Positions 56,556 to 64,000 of a stretch of 64,000 nucleotides of DNA are shown here, one piece after another. Positions within the stretch are counted from its first letter, which is position 1. Each line of letters opens with the position of its first letter. The notes below the pieces were generated by a model. That model was not told where the DNA came from and searched no databases. It worked only from the letters and a program-made list of their open reading frames with translations. The stretch spans positions 2,437 to 66,436 of IMG/VR virus record IMGVR_UViG_3300028829_002978; one strand, written 5' to 3'. Made by a program: the position numbers and the translations under genes. The stretch comes from a virus.

Positions 56556-57017
56556 TCAGAATAACAAATGATCTTCCTCTTCTTGTTTATCTAAATAGTC
56601 TTTCACTTGTTTTAATTCACTATCTTTTATCTTGTCTGAATCTAAAAATATATTATAATCTATATTATCTATATAACTAAGTACCACTTGTTCATTTAAA
56701 CCACCAAAGAATTCTGTAGACCCATCAAACTTCTTGTCAAACCTAAAATTAAATTCATCTAAGACCTCATGTATATGTTGTTCAACTAATAATGGAACTA
56801 AGAACTTCTTATTCTTTCTCATAGTAACTGACGGAATATACCTATACTGTTGAAAAAATGACTGTAATATCTCCATCATCCTAGAAACTGACCTATCACT
56901 ATTACACATACCTATCTTATGCAAAATAGTCCCATCTCTCATCTCAAACCTAAGAACATACAGTCTACCAAATTCATCTGTATTCTTAGGATTCCCTACA
57001 TTCTTCTTAAAAAACAT
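56556..57017 (-). CDS. GIY-YIG / T5orf172-domain nuclease
   Basis: LYVLRF...HKIGMC...R, EQ.IH..L, and FDGSTEFF. Confidence 0.75.
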   Translation of the reverse strand: MFFKKNVGNPKNTDEFGRLYVLRFEMRDGTILHKIGMCNSDRSVSRMMEILQSFFQQYRYIPSVTMRKNKKFLVPLLVEQHIHEVLDEFNFRFDKKFDGSTEFFGGLNEQVVLSYIDNIDYNIFLDSDKIKDSELKQVKDYLDKQEEEDHLLF

Positions 57018-57288
57018 ACTAATCCTTTATCAGAAAATTATACCATAGAAAATATAAAATATTATTTTACTAAGGCTAATTCTCTACCTTATAAAAATAC
57101 ACAATGAACTACACGGATAATGACTCCGGTTTGTTTTTGAATAATTTTAATTTTTTATGTGATGTCAGTAATAGTGTGTAAGCACTACAAGGGTGGGAAT
57201 ACCCCCCTAGGTTTATTAGCCTTAAGGTTAATTTCAAACACATCGTACACACATACGTGTATGTATCATACAATCATAAAGGATTAAC

Positions 57289-57693
57289 ATGAAAAACTTA
57301 ACACAAATCATAGCACAAGCACAATCAGTAGAGACAGTAGCAACACCTAAAGCATCAATGAGACAATCGTTCAGAGAACTTAAAGGTTTAATTGGTAACA
57401 CAATTGTTACATCAGTGTCAGTAGCGAATGAAGCATTAGCAATAACTAATGATGTAGTATCAGCTGTACCTGTAATAGTACAAGGATCTAAAGAAGTAGT
57501 GTCATTAACATGGTTATTCGCTAGAGCAGTAACACTTAACAGTATGTTAACAGAGAAACAAATAGAAGCGTACAATAACCTAAACGCTGAGCAAAGAGTA
57601 GTATTTAGAAAAGCATTAACAGAAAAAGGTGGTCATGATTTAGTGAAAGCTATATCCGAATTATTCAGAGAAGAAGAAGTAGAAGTAAAGTAA
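57289..57693 (+). CDS. Early hypothetical protein
   Basis: 134 aa with AAGGA RBS; first gene after the strand switch. Confidence 0.7.
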   Translation: MKNLTQIIAQAQSVETVATPKASMRQSFRELKGLIGNTIVTSVSVANEALAITNDVVSAVPVIVQGSKEVVSLTWLFARAVTLNSMLTEKQIEAYNNLNAEQRVVFRKALTEKGGHDLVKAISELFREEEVEVK

Positions 57694-57813
57694 TACGCAC
57701 GTAATACCTTAGTCACGCTTATACACTGTCTGTACAGTAACATAGTACAGATAGTAGTATAATAGTTAGTATATAGCATACAACAAATACCAGATATCTT
57801 GAAAGGATATAGA

Positions 57814-58185
57814 ATGTCAACAGTAGCAAATAAAGTACAAGTAATTAATGATCAGTCAGTAAGTATAGAAACAAAGTTTAATACAATAGCTGAAGAAGGT
57901 ACAATTAAGGAATCTTTATTAACATTCCCTAATGGTTATAAAGTATCGGTATTACAGTCTATAGAGAGTACTAGTGGTAATAGGACTAACGGTATCTATT
58001 CTTGTATAGGAGAGGACTCATTAGAATTAGCGATATTAGATCCAGAAGGTGAGATCGTATATGATAGCGGTATTACATATACAGATATATATGGAGATGA
58101 AGTAGGGATTGATGGAGATGTATGTGGGTATATAACTAAGGATGCAGCTAAACAAATAATAAGGAGAGTATTATGTATGGCGTAA
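57814..58185 (+). CDS. Early hypothetical protein
   Basis: FPNGYKVSV..ELAIL..DVCGYIT resembles a conserved phage motif; AAGGA RBS before the ATG at 57814. Confidence 0.7.
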   Translation: MSTVANKVQVINDQSVSIETKFNTIAEEGTIKESLLTFPNGYKVSVLQSIESTSGNRTNGIYSCIGEDSLELAILDPEGEIVYDSGITYTDIYGDEVGIDGDVCGYITKDAAKQIIRRVLCMA

Positions 58186-58265
58186 TAACATGGGTCTATG
58201 TAGTAGTAGGTCTAGTAACCTATATAGGGTTACATGTATTAGCTGACTATGTAAGTAGTATGTAA
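58173..58265 (+). CDS. 30-aa single-TM microprotein
   Basis: MYGVITWVYVVVGLVTYIGLHVLADYVSSM*; AAGGAG RBS. Confidence 0.5.
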   Translation: MYGVITWVYVVVGLVTYIGLHVLADYVSSM

Positions 58266-58384
58266 TGATAGATGCATTATGTCAATGGTTAGCAGATCAC
58301 GATTGGTTATAGAAATATAACTATGTAGTAGGTGCTCGTAAGAGTTAACAATTATAAATATACAATGTATATAAAGGATAAACC

Positions 58385-60340
58385 ATGTTAAATAGAATCA
58401 AACAAATCAAAGCAAACCTAAGAGTATCAAGTGAGATAAACAGTTCAATGATTAAATTAAGAAGCTTAGTTAGTACAGAGTATAACTTACAAGCAGAACT
58501 GATAGAAGCTTTTTTAGTATTAAACACACACGATAAAGCTATTGCGTCTGCAATGGATAAGATAATAAATAGTAAAGAAGAGACAGAAATTCACAATGTG
58601 ATCGCATCTCTAAGTTATGCAATACCAGCGTATGGTATTCCTATGTATCCATTATATTATGCAGATAAAGTAAAGGTAGCGTTAGCTTCAGTTATTATGG
58701 TTGAGTATATAAAAGTGTATGGTGCTAGAGAAGACCAAACAATTAAAGTTATTAGAGGGAGATCTATTGGTGTAGATACTCACTATGTACAAGCATTAGA
58801 CACAAATAAAGTGGAGAAGAACCTATTATATGGTATAGAATATATACCAGGTGTTATTAATACTAAACAAATTAAGACTAAACCGGGAGCTCCGAGATTG
58901 AAGCCTTGTAAAGTATTAAAAGAGACAGCTAGAGCTGTATCAAGTATGGCCTTAGAAATAGTAGATGATATTTCATCTAATGATATACTAAATGAGTTAA
59001 TGAAAGGTAAAGATTATCTATCAGTAATCAATCCAAAAGGTCGAGTACAAGAACATAGATTAGCAATGAAAGACAGATTTGAGACTTACGCAGAGATATT
59101 TGGTGAGATCCAAGAAGCTAGTAAATTAGGTATCTATTTAACAGTGTACTTCTGCTATAGAAATAGAATGTACTATGATGTACCATTACAAGTATTAAAC
59201 CCTCAATCTAAGATTGGTAAATATGTGTATCAAGCGCATAAACCAAGATTATTAACAGAAGAAGATTACAATGAATTAGCATTTGCAGCAGCATCATCTA
59301 CTAGTAGATGTACATTAGCAGAGGGTAGAGCTATGTTTGAAGCAAATGAAGATTCAATTAGAGAAGAACTATTAGCAGAGGAGAGCTTCCTAGACCTAAC
59401 ATATAATAAGAGACTATTAAATGCAATAGATGATTATAGAGTAGGATTACCTAGTAAATTCTTATTGTTATTAGACTACACAACAGGTGGATTAATTCAC
59501 TTTAGTAGTGGATACACTCAAGAAAAACAAGCTATGAAACTAAGTAATATAATAGAAGGTGAGACAATGCAAGATACTCATCAAACAATGGCAAATGCTA
59601 TTATTGATGTGGTAGGACTAGAAATATCTAGAAGTGATGCTAAGGTAATTAATCAGTCTATACTTGCTGGGGTATCACCTAAATCAGCTACAGAGAAGTT
59701 TAACAAACACTTTGGAGAAGAAGTAATAACTGAAGATCAATTAGTTAAAGTAGGTAGAGCAGTATATGGTGGTACATTTGATGCATTTCACTCATATAAC
59801 AAATGGGGAAAATCACTAGTAGATAACGACAATTCATCTCTTATGTTTACTATGAGTGATGGAGTTAAATGTATGTCAAGTGCATATATTAAAGGTCAAG
59901 AAGTTAAAGTATATGTGCCTACTACAAGTGGTATGAAACAAATGAGTATTCATAGAAATATGCCTTTGTTAATAGATAATAATAGTCATACACCATTATT
60001 AGTAGGGACAGATGCATCAGTTAAAATGAGTGGTTGGTTAGCAAATACTACACATGCGCATGACGGTAAAGCTATTAGAAAGATCGCTGTTGCAATACAT
60101 AAAGCAGGTCAAGTAGGTATCTTTATTCACGATAATATTGGAGCATTTGGTTCAGTACATGCAGATGTAGTAAGACCTACAGCTAAAGCAGATGTACAAG
60201 AGAATTATGATAATAAATCATTCTTAGATATTCAAAGACAAGTTTCTGAGAATAGAAAAGGAGCATCTATATCTGTTATGAGTTATTCTGTAAATGATGT
60301 AGAAGATTTTGAAATTAGTGATAATTTCTTACAAGCATAA
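58385..60340 (+). CDS. Single-subunit (T7/N4 RNAP II-type) DNA-directed RNA polymerase encoded as one chain
   Basis: YRNRMYY, LNPQ, motif A LDYTTGG, motif B RSDAKVINQSILAG, ANTTHAHD and motif C FIHDNI. Confidence 0.8.
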   Translation: MLNRIKQIKANLRVSSEINSSMIKLRSLVSTEYNLQAELIEAFLVLNTHDKAIASAMDKIINSKEETEIHNVIASLSYAIPAYGIPMYPLYYADKVKVALASVIMVEYIKVYGAREDQTIKVIRGRSIGVDTHYVQALDTNKVEKNLLYGIEYIPGVINTKQIKTKPGAPRLKPCKVLKETARAVSSMALEIVDDISSNDILNELMKGKDYLSVINPKGRVQEHRLAMKDRFETYAEIFGEIQEASKLGIYLTVYFCYRNRMYYDVPLQVLNPQSKIGKYVYQAHKPRLLTEEDYNELAFAAASSTSRCTLAEGRAMFEANEDSIREELLAEESFLDLTYNKRLLNAIDDYRVGLPSKFLLLLDYTTGGLIHFSSGYTQEKQAMKLSNIIEGETMQDTHQTMANAIIDVVGLEISRSDAKVINQSILAGVSPKSATEKFNKHFGEEVITEDQLVKVGRAVYGGTFDAFHSYNKWGKSLVDNDNSSLMFTMSDGVKCMSSAYIKGQEVKVYVPTTSGMKQMSIHRNMPLLIDNNSHTPLLVGTDASVKMSGWLANTTHAHDGKAIRKIAVAIHKAGQVGIFIHDNIGAFGSVHADVVRPTAKADVQENYDNKSFLDIQRQVSENRKGASISVMSYSVNDVEDFEISDNFLQA

Positions 60341-60345
60341 AACTA

Positions 60346-60370
60346 ATATATCAACCTTCGGGTTGGTGTA
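60346..60370 (+). terminator. cUUCGg-capped hairpin directly after the RNAP gene
   Basis: TATATCAACC-TTCG-GGTTGGTGTA. Confidence 0.5.
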
Positions 60371-60588
60371 GAGGATAGAGTATAGCTTATTTATATAAGT
60401 TGTACTGTGTCTTTTGAGATATAAGCACCTAACAAGCTTTAGGTTAATTCTCAGCTGATACAAACAAAGTACGTAAGTACACCGTAGCCATTACTTTAAT
60501 GGTTAGATACGACATTTTTTAATGTTCGCATTCACTCTCTATAATAAATTATATTGGTATAAAAATTAAAGAAAACAAAGGATTAGAA

Positions 60589-60897
60589 ATGCAACATAAA
60601 AATGAGTTATTACCTCTAGCGTATAAACAAGCTAAGGGAATCAAAGAAAAAATCGGAGAATTAGGTATCACTAAAGAGATGACACAAGATGCTAAAGATA
60701 AATTAACTATTAGTTTAGCAAAAGCTAAAGCAGAAGAAAGTGGTAAGCCATACACAGCTCATTTGAGCGGTATGGAATGGTATATAGAATCGTTGATTGC
60801 TAAATCTCAATTAGAAGACAAAGAGTTATTACAAACACAGTATGATGAGCTGCTTCCAGCAAATTCATCTTTTGATGAGTTAGTAGGTATGTTGTAA
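60589..60897 (+). CDS. Early hypothetical protein
   Basis: 102 aa with AAGGA RBS. Confidence 0.7.
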   Translation: MQHKNELLPLAYKQAKGIKEKIGELGITKEMTQDAKDKLTISLAKAKAEESGKPYTAHLSGMEWYIESLIAKSQLEDKELLQTQYDELLPANSSFDELVGML

Positions 60898-61203
60898 TGG
60901 CCTATTATATAGCATTTGATGGCACATTATGTGAAACTGTCGAGCAAGTAAGAGAGTATAACGCTGGTAGATAACAAAAGTTAACTACTTAAATGCTAAC
61001 TTTTGCTTGGGTGTGTAAAATACCTAAGCTTTGGTTAGATACTAACGAGTATATATTGATGCTAACTAAGATTAATATCAATATGTACGCAAAGGAATTA
61101 AATGAGGTAATTTTAATAGATGATTTGTAAAGGAATACAGGGGAAACAATCTGGAAATCATCGTTTAAGACTATTAATTAAACTAAATATAAAAGGATAA
61201 AAT

Positions 61204-61434
61204 ATGAAACGTAAAGTTCAACTAAGTGACGGAATAATTAGTGGTTTTGATAAAACTAAACTATTAGGTCTAATGCCAGAGTTAGTGTTTAAACAGCGTA
61301 AAACTTATGATGAGTACTATTATATGGACTCTGAAACACCAGAAATTGAAGTTACAATATCACTATTAAAGAATTTAAGTGAAATGTATTACCCTTCAAC
61401 TGTTGATATCAAATATCTAACAATTAAATTATAA
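61204..61434 (+). CDS. Hypothetical protein
   Basis: 76 aa with AAGGA RBS. Confidence 0.65.
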   Translation: MKRKVQLSDGIISGFDKTKLLGLMPELVFKQRKTYDEYYYMDSETPEIEVTISLLKNLSEMYYPSTVDIKYLTIKL

Positions 61435-61443
61435 GGATTTATA

Positions 61444-61974
61444 ATGATATTTATAATTAACAATAAAGGTACACTAATCAAGGGTACAAAAGATGGTTGG
61501 AGAGTAACTCTTAAAAGAGGAGTTAGTTATTTAATCCCTTATAATGATAAGGATAATGGAACAGAAATAAATTCATTTAGTTTATGGCCATTTTCTAATT
61601 GTAGTAGTATCCCGTATGAGGATTATCAAGATATGAGTGTGTCTAGACACTGGGAACTAAAAAAGAAATCACTATTTGGTAAGTTCTTTGGTTTATATAA
61701 TAAAACATTAATATCTATGTTGCAATGGGATATGCATTGTAGTGTTGTGTCTTCTAGAGCTTATGCTCATCACGAATTTGAAATGACTTCATATACTGAT
61801 GATACAGATGATATAATTGGATTAAGTAGTTTTAATCAAGCGTATGAGCAAGAGAAATCTAGTAAAGAGAAATATGAATTCTGTTACGATCCAATGCCAA
61901 ATGACTATAGTATAGATTTAAGTGAGTATCCAGGTTTGGAGAATTATTATGCAAGAAATGCATACTTAAGATAA
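61444..61974 (+). CDS. Hypothetical protein
   Basis: 176 aa with AAGGA RBS. Confidence 0.7.
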   Translation: MIFIINNKGTLIKGTKDGWRVTLKRGVSYLIPYNDKDNGTEINSFSLWPFSNCSSIPYEDYQDMSVSRHWELKKKSLFGKFFGLYNKTLISMLQWDMHCSVVSSRAYAHHEFEMTSYTDDTDDIIGLSSFNQAYEQEKSSKEKYEFCYDPMPNDYSIDLSEYPGLENYYARNAYLR

Positions 61975-61983
61975 GGAAATAAA

Positions 61984-62298
61984 ATGGGACTATATATTAA
62001 TCCAACTGAAGAAACTAAAGAAGAATGGTTAGCAGTTAATACTATACAAATACAAGGTATCGGGGTACCAGATAAAATGCAGGTAGAAGCACTAATTACA
62101 TCAGGTATTATAGACTTTAAAACTAACTTTCCAATATGTTTAATAGATAATGGTTTGTTTAAAGCTGCTGGTGTAGGTTATAACGAAACAGAAATAATGC
62201 GTTTCATGCAAGAAGATGGCAGATCTAAAGAATACTGTGTAGTAGATAGAGACAAACTACTAGATGTGTGTCCAGAGGCAAGTGATTATATTAAATAA
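61984..62298 (+). CDS. Conserved-looking hypothetical phage protein
   Basis: MGLYINP...TKEEWL...CLIDNG.F.AAG..Y...E..RF...DGR.K. Confidence 0.7.
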   Translation: MGLYINPTEETKEEWLAVNTIQIQGIGVPDKMQVEALITSGIIDFKTNFPICLIDNGLFKAAGVGYNETEIMRFMQEDGRSKEYCVVDRDKLLDVCPEASDYIK

Positions 62299-62307
62299 GG
62301 AGACATT

Positions 62308-62631
62308 ATGAATTTACCAACAGAGGTAATCATGTTATTATACACTAAAAATCTAACTAAATTAAAGATAGAAGCAGAGAAGAATAATAAGTTATTAGAT
62401 GTAGTATATAAATTAACTGCTGATAATAATCACTATAAGAGACAGAATAAAATAATGTCTAACATGATCTTAGATAAAGATAAAGAGATAAAAAGTCTTA
62501 ATCTAGAATTATACCACCAGGAGGATTCTTTAAATAAGACTAAAGATTCGTTACAGAGTATGACTCTAGAACTACAATCAACATCTATCAAGTTACAGAG
62601 AGCATTAGATGCTTACGCTGTACATGCATAG
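62308..62631 (+). CDS. Coiled-coil hypothetical protein
   Basis: 107 aa with AAGGAG RBS. Confidence 0.65.
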   Translation: MNLPTEVIMLLYTKNLTKLKIEAEKNNKLLDVVYKLTADNNHYKRQNKIMSNMILDKDKEIKSLNLELYHQEDSLNKTKDSLQSMTLELQSTSIKLQRALDAYAVHA

Positions 62632-62692
62632 GAAATCTAAGTATTAGAGTTATTCTACGATACGTGTATCGATAAACACGGAACTTTTATAT

Positions 62693-62838
62693 GACAGGTA
62701 TAGCTCAGTGGTAGAGCGGGTTCTTTTTAAGAGCTGACACTTTAGTTAGTATGTAATCAGTATACATGTTACTCACTGCAAATGAGGTTTACACATTACT
62801 ACTATAATGCCCAGGTTCGATTCCTGGTCCGGTCACCA
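62693..62838 (+). tRNA. tRNA-Lys(UUU)-like RNA with a ~75-nt multi-hairpin insertion in the variable region
   Basis: D-arm TAGCTCAGTGGTAGAGC; anticodon arm GGTTC-TTTTTAA-GAGCT; T-arm CCAGG-TTCGATT-CCTGG; 3' end TCCGGTC-A-CCA. Confidence 0.7.
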
Positions 62839-62847
62839 ATAAATTAC

Positions 62848-62941
62848 CGAGGTTTGCAAGTGCCGATTCAGCAGCAAACATATAACTGCTTCAATTAATT
62901 ACTGAAGTACAAGTATAGGCGCAATTCCTATCGCCTCGACC
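62848..62941 (+). ncRNA. Degenerate tRNA-like RNA
   Basis: Acceptor-like CGAGGT/GCCTCG-ACC and T-arm-like ATAGG-CGCAATT-CCTAT; inner hairpins GCAG/CTGC and CTTCA/TGAAG. Confidence 0.45.
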
Positions 62942-63005
62942 TAACAACATCATTACTAAGCAACTATTGGTTGTTTATTTATGAAGTAAATATAAAGGAT
63001 TAACT

Positions 63006-63179
63006 ATGGACACTACAATACAAAAACCTTGCCATGAATGTGATGGAAAAGGAACCGTGATGATATTTGCTGAAAGTATATATGAACGAGGTAGTAAGTA
63101 TGAAAACCATCCATTCTATAAAGAAAGTGGACATCAACTATGTTATACATGCAGAGGAGCTGGAGTAGTAAATTACTAG
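63006..63179 (+). CDS. DnaJ-type zinc-finger microprotein (57 aa, not in the ORF track)
   Basis: PCHECDGKG...LCYTCRGAG (two CxxCxGxG repeats); AAGGA RBS. Confidence 0.7.
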   Translation: MDTTIQKPCHECDGKGTVMIFAESIYERGSKYENHPFYKESGHQLCYTCRGAGVVNY

Positions 63180-63366
63180 GTACTTATATAGACAAAAGTA
63201 GTATACAAGGTGATACTTTAGTAGCTTTACTTGCAAATGGTATATCTTGGAGCTTACATAAATTTTATATACACCTTGCTTCTGATTTTATGTATCCACC
63301 AAAAGCAGGAACAATTGTTTGGCTCAAACCAGGCATAGTACAAAATAAACCAATAAAGGATTAATT

Positions 63367-63927
63367 ATGACACCAGAACAAGCAAAAGCTTTATGCGAAT
63401 TAGCACACGAAGGACAGTATCGAAGAGCTATAGACGTAGATGGTGAGGATAATCCTTACCTAGTTGAAGTGCTAAACAACGCAAATCCAGATGACGACGA
63501 TTATATCTGCAAAGATGGAACTTTTATAAAAGGTATCAACTCAGTTACCTGGACCGTACTAGTTTCTTATAGTTCTCACCCAATCGCAGTAGCAGACCTA
63601 CTAACGACAGATGAAGAGAAAGTAGTTGGGTACTTACATGATGTAATCGAAGATACTGATTATACTCTCACAGACAGCTACTGGAAAAACATGTTCACAC
63701 CAGATTTAGATGTAATAGATTTACCTGATAGCGTGTATAACGCATTACTACTATTAACTAAAGAACCTGGACAAAACTATCAAGATTATATAGTTAATAT
63801 AAGCTCCGATAAGTTAGCTACTAAAGTCAAGTTAGCAGACATATATCATAACCGATCGTGTAATCCATCTGAACAGGCTAAAAAGAAATACTTAAAAGCA
63901 ATACCAGTACTATTAAAAGCACTATAA
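63367..63927 (+). CDS. HD-domain (SpoT/Mesh1-like) small alarmone hydrolase-like protein
   Basis: AHEGQYR, Y..HP.AVA, LHDVIEDT, LTK and VKLADIYHN. Confidence 0.8.
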   Translation: MTPEQAKALCELAHEGQYRRAIDVDGEDNPYLVEVLNNANPDDDDYICKDGTFIKGINSVTWTVLVSYSSHPIAVADLLTTDEEKVVGYLHDVIEDTDYTLTDSYWKNMFTPDLDVIDLPDSVYNALLLLTKEPGQNYQDYIVNISSDKLATKVKLADIYHNRSCNPSEQAKKKYLKAIPVLLKAL

Positions 63928-63936
63928 AGGATTAAT

Positions 63937-64000
63937 ATGAAAGACTGGAATGAGATGACGGATAAAGAATTTGAAGAAGAACATCCATATAAACCAAATT
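63937..64000 (+). CDS. Hypothetical protein, 5' partial
   Basis: AAGGA RBS followed by MKDWNEMTDKEFEEEHPYKPN, running off the window end. Confidence 0.5.
   Translation, partial: MKDWNEMTDKEFEEEHPYKPN

Noticed and set aside
62693-62941. tmRNA
   Set aside because: No G3-U70 alanine acceptor, a D-arm is present, it is too short, and there is no tag ORF.
63140-63364. 74-aa ORF from the track
   Set aside because: Its start lies inside the better supported DnaJ-type zinc-finger ORF (63006-63179) and has no RBS. The 3' part may be a gene remnant.
1-64000. Prophage/integrase, CRISPR array, DGR or retron reverse transcriptase, or alternative genetic code
   Set aside because: I saw no integrase, reverse transcriptase or repeat-spacer array. 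Long ORFs are intact under the standard code, with TAA, TAG and TGA all used as stops.

Overview
This AT-rich window covers most of a lytic N4-like (Schitoviridae-related) phage genome; no integrase or repressor is visible. The + strand from 1 to 25975 carries middle and replication genes: a terD/terC/terB cassette, an SF1 helicase, a MoxR/CobS-type AAA ATPase with its partner, a variant thymidylate synthase, a deaminase, two MazG-like enzymes, an N4 gp43-like primase, a family A DNA polymerase split into two genes, a PD-(D/E)XK nuclease, a Sak4-like ATPase, SSB, Tad2- and gp49-family proteins, NrdAB and a DUF5664 protein. The - strand from 25976 to 57017 is the late module in N4 gp50-gp69 order: virion RNA polymerase (apparently split), ejection proteins, major capsid, portal, lysis genes, tail fibre and terminase. 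The + strand from about 57289 holds early genes, including a single-chain T7/N4-type RNA polymerase, so the physical genome end probably lies near 57.1-57.25 kb. The most striking feature is an acyl carrier protein + ketosynthase + putative acyltransferase cassette. It is inserted in the virion module and translationally coupled to a membrane-type virion protein starting MGSIGKS, which suggests a phage-encoded system for lipidating a virion protein. Other notable items are a ThyA with dCMP-type specificity residues, three tRNA-like RNAs with expanded inner domains, several candidate structured ncRNAs, and several homing-endonuclease scars. All calls come from motif recognition by eye; no database searches were run.
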